A stretch of DNA of 64,000 nt, taken from Chiloscyllium plagiosum. Its lineage: Eukaryota. The DNA lies in contig NC_057720.1 in assembly GCF_004010195.1 (NCBI RefSeq), positions 34,899,992-34,963,991 on the forward strand, read 5' to 3'. This document shows, one piece after another, positions 1 through 12,304 of the stretch (position 1 is the first letter of the stretch; each line of letters starts with the position of its first letter). Position numbers and translations under genes: made by a program. The notes under the pieces were generated by a model. That model was not told where the DNA came from, ran no database searches, and was given only the letters and a program-made list of their open reading frames with translations.

Positions 1-545
1 CTACCTGGTCAATAATTTACCGTCTTCTGCCTCCTTCCCTTCTAAAATGGAAACTAACGTAAATTAGCTATTTCCAGTCTTCTGGGAACCTCCCTGACTC
101 CAGTGGTTCCTTAAAGATCCCAATCTCCTCAGCTGTAGGGTGTTGTCTATCTGGTCTGTGTGATTTGTTCACCTTCAGAATTTCAATTTCCTCAGCACCT
201 TCTCCTTAGTGATGGCCACTACACTGACCTCTGCCCTCTGACTCTCTCGAAGTTTTGGTATGCTACTGGTGACTTCCACTGGCAACATGATTGCAAAGTA
301 CCAATTAAGTTCCTCCACCATTTCTTTGTCCCAATTATTATTCCTCCAACCTATTTTTCAGCGGTCTAATGTCCAATCATGCTCTCTTTTAACTTTTATA
401 TATCTAAAAAATATCTTCAATAATATTATTAGCTGGCTTATTCATATTTTCATCTTTTACCACTTTTTAAAATATTTGTCCACTGCTGGTTTTTGAAGGC
501 TTCCAAAATCATGACTTCCCGCCATTATTCACCACATTGCTGCCA
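1..545 (-). mobile_element. Old, decayed CR1 LINE ORF2 fragment
   Basis: Minus strand at ~30-95 reads like the CR1 pre-RT motif 'VPEDWKIAN..PLFxKG' seen in the younger copies of this window; many indels. Confidence 0.6.
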
Positions 546-1542
546 TTCCCTAAGACAGCATTACAGGTCAATCTGGCTGAAGATTGCAATCACTTCTTGC
601 AGTCACAATGTTTGTAGATCAAGTATTTGAATAGCAGTCAATCCCATTCAAATGTCATTTGAATAGATCCAGTGGAAGTCATAAAATTTTCCAGCTGACA
701 TTTATGATTGGTTCCAGCAGATATATACAAAGCAGGCCATACAGGAAGCTTAGGTGGCATCATTTTGGGGACACTTGCAGGTGTGGTAAAAACTCGCAAA
801 AATTGCTTTGGAACAGGAGCTGGCATGGATCAAATAAATACCTGTCCATCTCTTCGAAGTTGCTCATGCTGTGAGGATGAAGCAGACACTCAGCAGAGAT
901 GATTGTTAACTTAAGGTCTTGCTGCTCTCAGGAAAACCTAAATTGTACCTAAATGAAAGCAGAGATCCTCAGGTGCTCCAAGGCAATATTATTTCCTTTG
1001 ATTATATATATGTCTGCACAATGTTGGAAACGGGTGAAATGCCCTTTGAATTTCAGTCATGGACATGCTAAAGCAAGTCTTGGAATCTTTTATTCTGGTC
1101 AAATAAATAAGTCTGGCTGTCATTGAGAAATATATATGCAAACTGCAGGTTTTTGACAGATGGCTTTTATTTTTCTCAGAGCAGATGCATTGAATTGATG
1201 TTTGCCATCTAATTTGTTCACAATATAGTCAAATATGTCTTTTCACAAATATGCTTTTTCACCATATAGTAGTGTTCATTCATTGACTAGGATTGCCTGT
1301 AGTCAAACCTCTACACTGCAGAAAAACAAATTGAATCTGCCACCATTTACATCTGCCATGACTCATTCTGCGAAAATAAATTGATAGAATACATAGACTA
1401 ACATTGCTAATATCTCCACCTAGTACCAAAATATTAACAATGTTATTAGCATGTTCAACTGATCTGTCTTTAAAATATTCAGTAACTGATCTACATATTT
1501 TGAATGAGCCTGTGCAGAAATGTTATGACAGAGTTGAAAAGT

Positions 1543-1677
1543 GTGGCACTGGAAAAACACAGCAGGTCAGAGAGCATCCAAAGAAAAGGAGAGTCAATGT
1601 TTCAGGCATAAGCCCGGAATGTCAATGTTTCTCCTGTCCTTCGGATGCTACATGACCTGCTGTGCTTTTCCAGCACC
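1543..1677. mobile_element. Fold-back (palindromic) Penelope pLTR-derived mini-element, family A-like
   Basis: Left arm 'ctggaaaaacacagcaggtcagagagcatccaaag' is the imperfect reverse complement of right arm 'cttcggatgctacatgacctgctgtgcttttccag'. The centre holds an antisense hammerhead remnant (gggc-ttat-gcct-gaaac). Confidence 0.75.
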
Positions 1678-1884
1678 AACCTTTCCTATCACCTTTAGGA
1701 GTCTCCTATGCCCGTCGGAGGTGCTCCCCACATGATCATACGTCCTCCTTTAAGCAATGTCCATTTCTCAATCCTTACACAGCTGGGGCAGCTCTCTTGG
1801 GTTCGGATTTTTCCAAGGTGAGGGCAGATACCTCCACTTTAAATTAATGTTATGGGTCCAGTTTCACCCTTCTTCAGGTCACTG

Positions 1885-2020
1885 GTGTTCCTAAGAAGAG
1901 TCACTGAACCCGAAACATCAACTCTGCTTTCTCTCTGCACATGCTGCCAGGCCTGCTGAGTTCTTCCAGCAATTTCTGTTTTTGTTTCTGATTTCCAACA
2001 TCCGCAGTTTTTTTTTTCCG
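1885..2020 (+). mobile_element. Penelope pLTR-derived mini-element, family C, with decayed hammerhead
   Basis: 'cctaagaagagtcactgaacccgaaacatcaactctgctttctct' matches copies at 11563, 42131 and 56385; ends in a T-rich tail. Confidence 0.75.
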
Positions 2021-2086
2021 GTTTTTCTGCTGCACTTCCAAGATGGAGCATCTAGGACCAGAGCTGGTCAAAATCATCCAGCAAGT

Positions 2087-2393
2087 TGGGGTGGCACGGT
2101 GGCTCAGTGGTTAGCACTGCTACCTCACAGTACCAGGGACCTGGGTTCGATTCCAGCCTTGGGAAACTGTCTGTGTGGAGTTTGCACATTCTCCCCGTGT
2201 CTGCGTGGGTTTCCTCTGGGTGCTCTGGTTTCCTTCCAAAGATGTGCAGGTCAAGTGAATTAGCCATGCTAAATTGTCCATAGTGTTAGGTGCATTAGTC
2301 AGAAGGAAATGGATCTGGGTGGGTTACTCTTCAGAGGGTCAGTGTGGACTTGTTTGGCTGAAGGGCCTGTTTCCACACTGTAGGTAATCTAAT
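2087..2393 (+). mobile_element. tRNA-derived SINE, HE1/V-SINE-like
   Basis: A box TGGCTCAGTGG and B box GGTTCGATTCC; V-domain-like 'gtgtggagtttgcacattctccccgtgtctgcgtgggtttcc'; 3' tail 'gaagggcctgtttccacactgtag' resembles the CR1 3' end. Confidence 0.9.
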
Positions 2394-2394
2394 A

Positions 2395-2941
2395 AAGACG
2401 CTTTTGGAATACTGAGTGCGATTCTGGCCTCCCTCCTTTCAGAAGGATGTTGTGAAACTTGAAAGGGTCCAGAAAAGATTTACAAGAATGTTCCCAGGAT
2501 TGAAGGGTTTGAACTATAGGGAGAGGCTGAATAGGCAGGGGCTATTTTCCCTGGAGCATCGGGGGCTGAGGGGTGACCTTATAGAGGTTTATAAAAATAT
2601 GAGGGGCATAGATAGGGTAAATAGACAAGATATTTTCTCCAGGTGGGGGAGTCCAAAACCAGAGCACATAGGTTTAAGGTGAGAGGGGAAAGATTTAAAA
2701 GAGACATGAGGGACAACTTTTTCACGCAGAGGGTAGTTCGTGAATGGAATGAGCTGCCAGAGGAAGCAATGGAGGCTGGTACAATTACATCATTTAAAAG
2801 GCACCTGGATGGGTATATGAATGGAAAGGGTTTAGAGGGCCAAATGCTTGCAAATGGGACTAGATTAATTTAGGATATCTGGTTGGCATGGATGAGTTGG
2901 ACTAGAGAGTCTGTTTCCATGCTGTATAGCCCTGTGACTCT
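2395..2941 (+). mobile_element. 5'-truncated CR1 (HER1-like) LINE 3' end
   Basis: ORFs 2416-2682 and 2643-2873: 'LERVQKRFTRM..GLFSLE..RLRGDLIEVYK', 'FFTQRVV..WNELP'; CR1 3' UTR follows. Confidence 0.92.
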
Positions 2942-3439
2942 GCACCTGTAATCTACCCCTGAAAGCCAGCAGCCTCTCCCTATCAGTGCCCCCAAGCATT
3001 AATCCAGAACTACGTAGGGGGACTGGGACAGACAATATAAACAGAAGACAGGCACTAGGAAAATTTAGAAAGGTATTTAGTTGTATTTCCCCATGCCAAT
3101 ATTAGATGTAAAAGTTTGGTTTGGAAAAGTTATTTTGTCATGTTCAAAACTGTGGCCAAGTAGCAATTGCAGCTGGTCAATAACAGAAGGCTAGTATGTT
3201 ATGAGACTGTAAGCGAATAGGGAATTGGAGTTGGTGAATCAGCAGTCAGATGCGTCAATCATAGATGGCCCAGTAGCAAAAAATCACTGGATGCCTCATC
3301 TGTTCCTCTTCGTTCTCTTACTCCTTTCCTTCTCCTTCCCTTTCTCTGCCTCTTTTCCTCCTGCCTATCCTTACCCTATAGCTCTTGACAGCTTTCACCC
3401 GAATGATCATGAAATTATGTAGCAGAATACAATGAATGC

Positions 3440-3900
3440 TCTCTTCAAAGTACTGGAGCACTCCAAGGCAGGCAGCAGAATTGTTGATTCTCAAGAAGCC
3501 AAGAGATGCATTTTATCAATTCCACATTGCTTTTGTCATAAACATGCAGTCCATGTGCATTTACATTATGCTTTAGAATCACAAGCTATTTGGTCAGTTT
3601 TATCATCCAGTAGCCATCTTCTGGTGGTTCAAAGCAGCAAGGCACAGTGATGCGTAACAGGATACTGAGTAGCAATCTGAATTCTTCTGGATGTGCAACA
3701 TCTCAAAACTGACATAGAGTCTTTGCAAAGGAGCTGTATGCCATCAAGGGTACCCTGCACCATGGGAAAGATGACAAATGTAGTGAAACTATATGCTCAT
3801 TCAGTCTGCTACTCTCTGTGAATAGAGGATAAAATATCTTCAGTGCTTTTGGAATACAGAATCTCATTGATCTCCTTCAGTGGAAGGCAAATTCAGAGAC
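3440..3900 (-). mobile_element. Decayed PIF/Harbinger DNA-transposon transposase relic
   Basis: Minus-strand peptides occur in the expected order: FPMVQGTLDG (3741-3770; cf. HARBI1-type FPxVxGxIDxT), RWLLDDK (~3600-3620; cf. WLLGDxGY), GVLQY (~3450-3465; cf. GGALQY). Frames are broken. Confidence 0.6.
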
Positions 3901-3989
3901 ATACTGCAAGTTATCACTTACTCCAAATTTGAAGTAAGCAATTGCATTAAATTTCATATTCAGAAGTCACATGACACCAGGTTACAGTG

Positions 3990-4735
3990 TTAGAGTCAGA
4001 GAGATGTACAACATGGAAACAGACCCTTCGGTCCAACTTGTCCATGCCGAACAGATATCCCAACCCAATCTAGTACCACCTGCCAGCATCCAGCTCCACA
4101 TCCCTCCAAACCCTTCCTATTCACATACCCATCCAGATGCCTTTTAAATGTTGCAATTGTACTAGCCTCCACCACTTCCTCTGGCAGCTCATTCCACACA
4201 TGCACCACCCTCTGCGTGAAAAAGTTTCCCCTTACTTCTCTTTTATATCTTTCCCCTCTCACCCTAAACCTATGCACTGGAGTTCTGGACTCCCCCACCC
4301 CATGGAAGAGACTTTGTCTATTTATCCTATCCCTCATGATTTGGTAAACCTCCATAACGTCACCCCTCAGCCTCCTACTCTCCAAGGGAAACAGTCCCAG
4401 CCTATTCAACCTCTCCCTATAGCTCAAATCCTCCAATTCTGGCAACATCCTTGTAAATCTTTTCTGAACCCTCTCAAGCTTCAGAATATCCTTCCAATAG
4501 GAAGGAGACCAGAATTGGATGCAATATTCCAACAGTGGCCTAACCAATGTCCCGTACAGCCACAATATGACCTCCCAACTCCTCTACTCAATACTCTGAC
4601 CAATAAAGGAAAGCATACCAAATGCCTTCTTCACTATCCTATCTATCTGCGACTCTACTTTCAAGAAGCTATGAACATGCACTTCAAGGTCTCTTTGTTC
4701 AGCAACACTCCCTAGGACCTTACTATTAAATGTAT
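3990..4735 (-). mobile_element. 5'-truncated CR1 LINE
   Basis: ORF 3996-4565 'LYGTLVRPLLEYCIQFWSP...LERVQKRFTRM...FFTQRVVHVWNELP'. Confidence 0.95.
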
Positions 4736-5538
4736 GACTTCACAGGAACTAGCAATGCTATCCTTACCCTGTTCTGAGATTATAATTGTGGTTGCAGATT
4801 TCCCTGAACATCGTCAATGAATCCAAAATGTCTGATACATTGTTCCTCTCTGAGTGTGGGATAGGAAAAGTTGTCTGTGAATACTTGGGTAGCCATAGCT
4901 TCTTGTCAAGAGCAGTCTTTGTTCTCCTTCCTCTTCCATGTCAGTAGATTCTCCTGCTCTGTGTCACCTCTCCTCATTCTTCCTGATGTGTAGTACTCCA
5001 TTGGGATGAAAAATTCTGCACATTTGTCTTGGAGCAAATGATTTGTGCAGAGTCCTTAAGGCAAAGATAACGTCCCATATCTCATCAATTATGCAGATTG
5101 CTGCAGCTTTAAACAACACTAAATCTTCAACAACGAGAACAAGAGCCAGGAGAAATCAACAACTAATCAGAGCGTATTTAAGGATCCCATGCAATAGCAC
5201 TGGCCAGGAAGTCCTTGCAATAGCTGAATGCACATTTATCTGTATGATATTGAGAGTGGACATAAATTCAGAAATCACAGAGCCTACCTCCTAACTGCCT
5301 ATTCTGCTTACTGTGGACTAATGGCCTCTTTGCTTATGCTAATGCCCTCATCAAAATAGGATCCAGTAAGCAAAGTGCTGCAAGTGTGTGTGTCTATGCA
5401 TCATAGACACAATTTTGGAGATCAATTGCACACATATCACCAAACAGGGATTACATAATTTTATAGCCTCAGATTGAAAGTTTCAGTTCTTTCATGGTAC
5501 AGTAACGGTTTATACCCAATATATCATCTTGAAATAAT

Positions 5539-5627
5539 AACAGCAAGTGCTCGGGAAAACCAGCAGGTCTGGCAGCATCCACAGAGCAAGAAACAGAGTT
5601 AATGCTTCAAGTCCAATATGACTCTTC
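5539..5627 (-). mobile_element. Penelope pLTR-derived mini-insertion, family C (old)
   Basis: Reverse complement 'gaagagtcatattggacttgaagcattaactctgtttc...gatgctgccagacctgctgg'; flanked by a possible degenerate TSD tgaaataat (5530-5538) / tgaaatgat (5628-5636). Confidence 0.65.
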
Positions 5628-7037
5628 TGAAATGATCATTGAAGTTGCTCCAGCTGTACTCCAATTGTGACAAATATCAAAGGATCTGGTTGGAGTTTTG
5701 AAAAGTGCAATCTCACCAGGTGATCAGAGTCACAATCTTCGTTGTTCAAGGTGCAAAATAGGTTCATCGTTCAAATTTTGAAAAGAATCCACTATGATTG
5801 CCAAGGACAGCATTCTTTTATCCCCAGGACCAAACTACTGGCAAGCAGCTTTATTTCAGCATTTTTCTCAGAGAGAGATCTGACAAGGCATTAACTTTTC
5901 TCCTGAACTACACTGCAGGCTCAGTCCTGTTCATTAAAGATGAGCGTCTCTGAAGCATATTATCCTCTGTTGTAGACAGCAATGCAAGATACTGTTACCA
6001 ATTCAAAACCTTTGTGACAGCCAAATAACATTTTTTTAAAAAGAGAAAAGGTCTTTGAAGCAATATTTAGTTTCAGGCATTGAATTCAGTTAATAAAATA
6101 AAATACATGTTATTCAGGGATAGGGTGACATTTCCATTTTAATGGCAGCATGGTTGCTGAATAAAGGAACCCCAGGGGACACTTAACCAGGCCATGGGAT
6201 TTCCTGCTGGGCCCCATTTTCATTCTGAAGGCCTCCACAATAAAAGAGATTAAATCACCTGTTTGGTAAACAAAGAGGAGTTGAATGTCTCAGAATCAGA
6301 AGTAGGACAGGCAAGAGACAGCTAAAAGATTCAGACTGTTTCATATTGTTACAGACCAACTGTCTTCTGTGTATTGACACGTTGCCACAATTTTTTATTT
6401 TCTCAGGAATTTAGAGATGTTTCTCCATTGTCATTCAATTTTCCTTTTGTGCAGTAAGTGGTCTGCTTGGTTATCTGCAAATGCCCATCTTAATATCACC
6501 AACCATGATTCTTGCTGAATATTTTTAATGTTGGGACAGTAAGATTACAATGTATACATTGCTGTGATTCTTCTATGAGAAATTTTCCTCCGTCCTTCAA
6601 ACAGTTCAGGACGCAAAGTGTTTCATTTGACGACATCAAATGCATAAACTATCAGAAAATGTGCTCTATTTTAGAATGTACTGAATGATGATGGGTTTAA
6701 AATGTAAAAGAATAGCAAAAGATGTTAACCATAGTCAATGACTGATGATCTTTCAAGAGGAACATTATAAGCACACGGGTTCACAATCGCAGCAGCAGCC
6801 AGTGTTGTAAGATTATACCGTCTCTCAGGTAAAATAATACAAAAAGATAAAAGAATAAAGTAGACCTTCAATCGGGCCCCTTAAGGCGAATAACAGAGAT
6901 ATGCCACCAGTACATCAAACATGTGTCTGAAAGACTGATAATTAGGATTAAATATTGGTGCAATCAGGTCAAAGCATTACCACGACTAAAGAGAGCATGA
7001 AAATAGAGGGCCTCGAAGCATATCTCTCTTCAAGATT

Positions 7038-7137
7038 TCATACAGTTTGTCTTCTTTGTCCAGTTTTCCTGGAGGATGTATGAGAAACCTTACTAAAATG
7101 AGGGGAGTTTTGTATTGGTACATTGTGCATGGTATTC
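7038..7137 (-). CDS. Candidate terminal coding exon of an unidentified gene (NTMHNVPIQNSPHFSKVSHTSSRKTGQRRQTV*)
   Basis: Acceptor-like 'ctttctgtgtgcatggtcttatag|G' in non-repetitive DNA; open phase-2 frame to TGA. No homology recognised and the frame is ambiguous. Confidence 0.2.
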
Positions 7138-7749
7138 CTATAAGACCATGCACACAGAAAGCTAACGATTTAAGAGGAAAAAGCGTATAACTTTATCCCA
7201 TGGTATCTAAACTCTGAGCAGTCTAAGCTCAGTCATAATGATCCTGGGGCACTTTTCTTTTACAGAAAATAATTGGCGTGCACATTAATCTATGCTAACC
7301 CAAATCCGTTTCACTGTAGATTGGACTATTTCTAGAACATGCTTGGTTCAGCAGTAAGTACTTACTTGGGTGAAATTGTAGAATTTGATTTAACCAGAAA
7401 TTTTGTTTCACTGCTATGAATTTTGTTGTCATGTTAAGAAATGAATACGCTATATATGTGCTTGCAACCCTGAATGATCTATGTGTAAGTAGACATCTTT
7501 CTACATTTGTAATCAGTAATAGCAACTTTATATTGCAGCTTGGATGCAGAATCTTGTCTTTTACGCTGAATGGAAACATGAGAAAAGATTCTTCTGGTTA
7601 CTCCATGAAACAATGTTGTAAATACATTCAAGAGAAAACTATTTATGATTTCATTGCAATATACATTAATTTCAGAAGTGCAGCAATATTACATTTCCCA
7701 CATTCAAGGCTTCTCTATGGAGGATTGCCATTTTAGTCACCATTTATAA

Positions 7750-8170
7750 ACTCATCCATTCATAGATGGTTACAGCAAGAAGGAGGCCATTTCACCCATT
7801 CTGTCTACTAGTCAACAAAGATCTAACTTCACTAAGCCCATTTTGCTGCTTTTGGCACATAGCCCTGGAGGTGATGGCAACATTAAGTGAATATCTAAAT
7901 ATTGTTCAAATGTGAGAGTTTCTGACTTGACCACCCTTTCAAGAAGTGAGTCTTTCAACAAGATTCTCACTACTTTCTGAGAAAAAAATAATCTCCTCCA
8001 CTATTCTTTTAACCTTTTACCACCTAACTTAAATCTGTGCCCCTGGTTATTGATCCTTCTAGTTAATGGAAAGTGAGCCTACCAATCCACTCTATCAATG
8101 CCCATCATCATCTTATACACCTCGACCAGATCCCTTCACAATCTTCACTTTTTCAAGGAAAATTATGTCA
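7750..8170 (-). mobile_element. Old CR1 3' end
   Basis: Degenerate match to the CR1 3' region ('ttaaatctgtgccctggttattga', 'ccactctatcaatgcccatcatcatcttatacacctc'). Confidence 0.65.
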
Positions 8171-9586
8171 AGTTGAGCAATACTATGTTGTGAACTTCTG
8201 AAGCTAAATATATTTGTGGATCCCAAAACAAAAGAATGCATTCTTTCTCCTGTGAAATTTTAGTTTGAATCAATTTACATCATAAGATGGCTATAGAAGA
8301 AATGTTTGCAAAATCTGTACTCAGTTCCTAACATGTTCAAGTAAAACCTTCCTATAATTATCAATCACGCTAAAAGATTTGCAATTCAGTAGCAACACTA
8401 TGTTGTTACCACCCAATGTTTTTGGAACATGGCCACATTAATAAATAGAATTATTGGCAATTCTATCATTTATGGTACTCCATGTGTCACATTACCCTAG
8501 GTATGGTACCTTTTAAAAAAGGTAAATTTCTCAGCAACAAATAGAAATTACCAACACAAATATTTAATATTTTAAAATATATTTTGATGTAACAAACATC
8601 AAACAAAATTAACATGGATCAAATATTATGTTACAGGCATCTCACACCCAACTAAATAATAGTTACTTCTGAATTAACTATTTAAATCAATCAATAGCCT
8701 TTCTTTCAATTCTTTTGTTGCATACCCTCTACCAAAAAGGTAGTAATACAAGATTCAGTTTCAAGGCAATTCCAGATACTAGCTGGCTCACTTCACCATG
8801 TTTCACCAGATCAAATCTTCCAACATTCTTTGAAAATCATTCCCCTCTTCTGGAATATTCCGATCCAACTTTTACCAGAAAAGCACATCACAGCACCTCC
8901 TTGTTAACATCTCCAGAAGTACCATCAGTTCTCTCCTCTTCTCTTATAACAGAAAACCAATATTTACAAGCATTCTGCTTAGTTGTTAACTAAAGAACAA
9001 CCCACCTGCAGTCGTAGCTGCTACTTCTCCACACTGCAGTAATTCGTTCATCTTTTTCCTACTGTCTCTCTATGTGAAAATTGTTAAAATGCAGCGGTCC
9101 CTTTTTCTGTGTCAATATGTGAAAACTATAATTTGTCTTTCTATAGGCTGTGATTTTTTTTTCTCCCCATGACAATGAGATCACTTGAGCCTGTCTCAGT
9201 TCAATTTAGTATCACCACCATTCCTCCATCTAGCACATTCTAATTCTCGATAAATTAAAGGAAACATTTTAAAATGTAACAAGCTCATAACATTCTACAA
9301 TCATAACACAAGACCATCTGTTCCACTTAACTGAAAGAGAAGGAACTGGACAACCTAGCTGGTATAATATTTTTCAAACAAGTTTTATTAGTTATCAGGA
9401 GAAGTTAGATAAACTTGGATTGCTTTTAGCTAGAGTATCGGAGGCTGAAACTTTAGGATCAATTATTGTTCACCAATCAGCACTATGGAATCAGCCTCCA
9501 CGGAAATGTTGCCTTGGCACATAAACACATGCTTCGGGTTAGAGCAGTAATGGGACTCAACAGTTTCTAGGACTTGTGACAATTAC

Positions 9587-10315
9587 ATAGAATATAGAAC
9601 AGTATAGCAAGGGAATAAGTCCTTTGGCCCATCATGCCTGTGCCGATAATGATGCCATTCTCAACTGATATCATCTGCCTGCATATGGACCGTATCCCTC
9701 TATCCCTGCCTGTTCATTTGTCTGTCTAAATATCTCTTAAACTTTGCATTGTATCTGCTTCTACTACCTCCCCCTGCAGCATGTCCCAGGCACCTAGTAC
9801 CCACTGTGTAAAAACCTTTCCTTGCAGATCTCCTTTAAACTTTTCCCCTCTCTAAACCTATGACCTTTGACATTTTCACCCTGGGAAAAAGAAACTATCA
9901 ACCCTATCCAGGCCTCTCATAACTGAAAGGCAGCATGACAGCTCACAGCACCAGGGACCTAGGTTTGATTCCTGCCTCAGGCAACCGTCTGTGTGGAGTT
10001 TGCACATTCTCCTTGTATGGGTTTCCTTCGGGTGCTCCAGTTTCCTCCCACAGTCCAAAGATGTGCAGGTTATGTGATTTGGCCATGCTAAAATGCCCAT
10101 AGTGTTCAGGGATGTGTTAGTGAGGGATAAATGTAATGCAATTAGATAAGAGAATGGATTTGGGTGGGATACTCTTTGGAGGGTCACTATAGACTTGTTG
10201 GGCTGAAGGGCCTGTTTCCACGCTGTAGAGGTTCTATGAATTTTACGTACTTCTATCAATTGCCCCTCAGCCACCAACACTCGAGTGAAAACAATCCAAG
10301 TTTATCCAAATTCTC
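9587..10315 (-). mobile_element. CR1 3' end interrupted by an HE1-like SINE
   Basis: Tail 'catagaatatagaacagtatagc'; CR1 sequence '...cctctcataa' resumes as 'ttttacgtacttctatcaattgcccctcagcc' after the SINE. Confidence 0.8.
9925..10240 (+). mobile_element. HE1/V-SINE-like SINE (5' degraded)
   Basis: 'ctcacagcaccagggacctaggtttgattcc...gtgtggagtttgcacattctcc...gaagggcctgtttccacgctgtag'. Confidence 0.85.
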
Positions 10316-11370
10316 CTTATAGCTAAGTATCCTATCAGCCTTTTTGACATCAACATATAATACTGCACATATGGGAAGTGCCCAATCCCTTTCTGGTAGA
10401 ACTTATTTTGAATTCAATTAAAAAGCCAAGACAATGGCAGAATTAAGTGCCACCCAAATATGCTTTGATTATGCTTTCGCGGACATCGGAATTTTGGACT
10501 CACAGTCTCACTCGTTACAGTCGCAAGGAGGGTTGAGTTAGTTACAGTCGAGTGTGTTGTTCTAAGTTTTACGTTAGACACAATACAGAAGATGACAATA
10601 GTGGCTTGAATCTTTAGAGGATGAATTATGGGAGGTGAAGCAAAATGAATTACCCTAAACAAAACTAAGGACTATCCAGACAACCTTATTATTATCATTT
10701 GAACCTCTTTTGAGGCCATTTTGAAATGGACATTTGAAGCACCCGAGTAGCGCCAATCTTATCTTCAAGAACGTCCTTATAATGTTCATAGTGAGTGCTT
10801 GAAGCTAACACAAATAGGACCAACGCTGACATCTTTCATCAGAAAGTGTGCAAGAACATTCTTTCCCTTAAAATATGTTAATCCACTCTAGCATAAAATT
10901 CTTGTGTAAAATGCTTGGACTTTCCAACTTCTACGACAGTAATGCACAAGAAATGTTTCCTGACTCACTGTCACTGGAAAATAAGCAAATTCCTTCCCTA
11001 ATCACAATTCTGTTCACATTCGTTGGCCCTAGTTCTGATTTGGGAATGAGCAGCATTCACAGGAGCTAAATGTCAGTGGTTTTTGCCAGTTACTTTTTCT
11101 CAACACATATCTTTTTTTTCGTTATTTCCACGGTTTGGTGAGAGTCAGGAAACCCCCACTATCTTCTTCAGTGACAACTTGCAATGGGTTATAATTTGTT
11201 TAGGAGCTTGAGATAGCATATAACATGAATCAAATAAATCTTGTAAATTGCACCCATGTACTGCATAAAATCATGGATGCATATTTCATTAACTCAGATT
11301 CAATAAACCCATACAAACACATAATCTCAGACATATAATAAATTACTCACATGGCTACTTGAAAGAAATA

Positions 11371-12304
11371 AACTGAATGGTAAGTCCTGGGGAGTGTTGC
11401 TGAGCAAAGAGACCATGGGGTGGAGGTACATTGTTCCTTAAAAGTGGAGTCACAGGAAGACAGGATAGTGAAGAAGGCGTTTGGTATGTTTATCTTTATT
11501 GTTCAGAAATTGCTAGAAAAGCTCAGCAGGTGTCGCAGGATCTGTGGAGAAAAATCAGAGTTCACCGAGGAAGGGTCACTCAACCCAAAAACTTAACTCT
11601 GATTTCTCTCCACTGATGCTGCCAAACCTGCTGAGCTTTTCCAGCAATTTCTATTTTTGTCTCTGATTTACAGCATCAGCCGTTCTTTTGGTTTTCATTA
11701 AGTATAGGAGTTGGGAGATCATGTTGTGGCCATTCAGGATATCGGTTAGACCACTTCTGGAATTCTGCATTCAATTCTGGTCTCCCTGCTATTGGAAAGA
11801 TGTGAAACTTGAAAAGATTCAGAAAAGAATTACAAGGATGTTGCCAGAGTTGGAGGGTTTGATTATAGGCAGATACTGAATAGGCTAGAGCTGTTTCCCA
11901 GGAACATCAGATGTTGAGGGGTGACCTTATAGACATTTATAAAATCATGAAGGGCACGGATAGGATGAATAGCCAATGTCTTTTTCCCAGGGTAGGGAGG
12001 TCCAAAACTAGAAGGCATAGATTTAAGTGACAGGAAAAGAATTAGAAGGGACTTAAGGTATAACCTTTTCATGCTAGGCTGGTGCATGTTTGGATCAAGC
12101 TGCCAGAAGAAGTGGCGGAGTCTGGTACAATTACATAATTTAAAAGGCATCTGGATGGGTACAAGAATAGAAAGGGTTTAGAAAGGTATAGGGTCAAAAG
12201 CTGGCAAATGGGATTAGATTAATTTAGGATATCAGGTAGGCATGGACAAGTTGGACCAAAGGGTCTTTTTCCATGCTGTATAACATTATGATTCTATGAC
12301 TCTA
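11371..12304 (+). mobile_element. 5'-truncated CR1 LINE interrupted by a PLE hairpin
   Basis: CR1 C-terminal coding sequence ('RPLLEFCIQFWSP') and (ACTCTATG)n-like tail at ~12290; continuity broken at 11505-11696. Confidence 0.9.
11505..11696 (+). mobile_element. Fold-back PLE mini-element, family C
   Basis: Arm 11505-11562 is the imperfect reverse complement of 11595-11652; a decayed hammerhead core ('ccgaggaagggtcactcaacccaaaaac') forms the loop; unpaired ~40-nt tail on the right. Confidence 0.8.

Noticed and set aside
708..902. 64-aa plus-strand ORF after an acceptor-like 'ttccagcag'
   Set aside because: No recognisable homology or partner exons.
2087..2160. tRNA gene-like A/B boxes (also 22716 and 49620-49690)
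   Set aside because: These are SINE heads followed by SINE bodies and tails, not tRNA genes.
6686..6745. C/D box snoRNA-like ATGATGA...CTGA
   Set aside because: No terminal stem and no recognisable rRNA guide; these motifs are common by chance.
8404..9308. Second TGTTA...TAACA-bounded segment as a solo LTR
   Set aside because: No TSD and no second copy in the window.
6760..10787. Inverted 12-mer gaacattataag at ~6760 and ~10776
   Set aside because: Matches of this length are expected by chance in AT-rich 64 kb; flanking similarity is weak.
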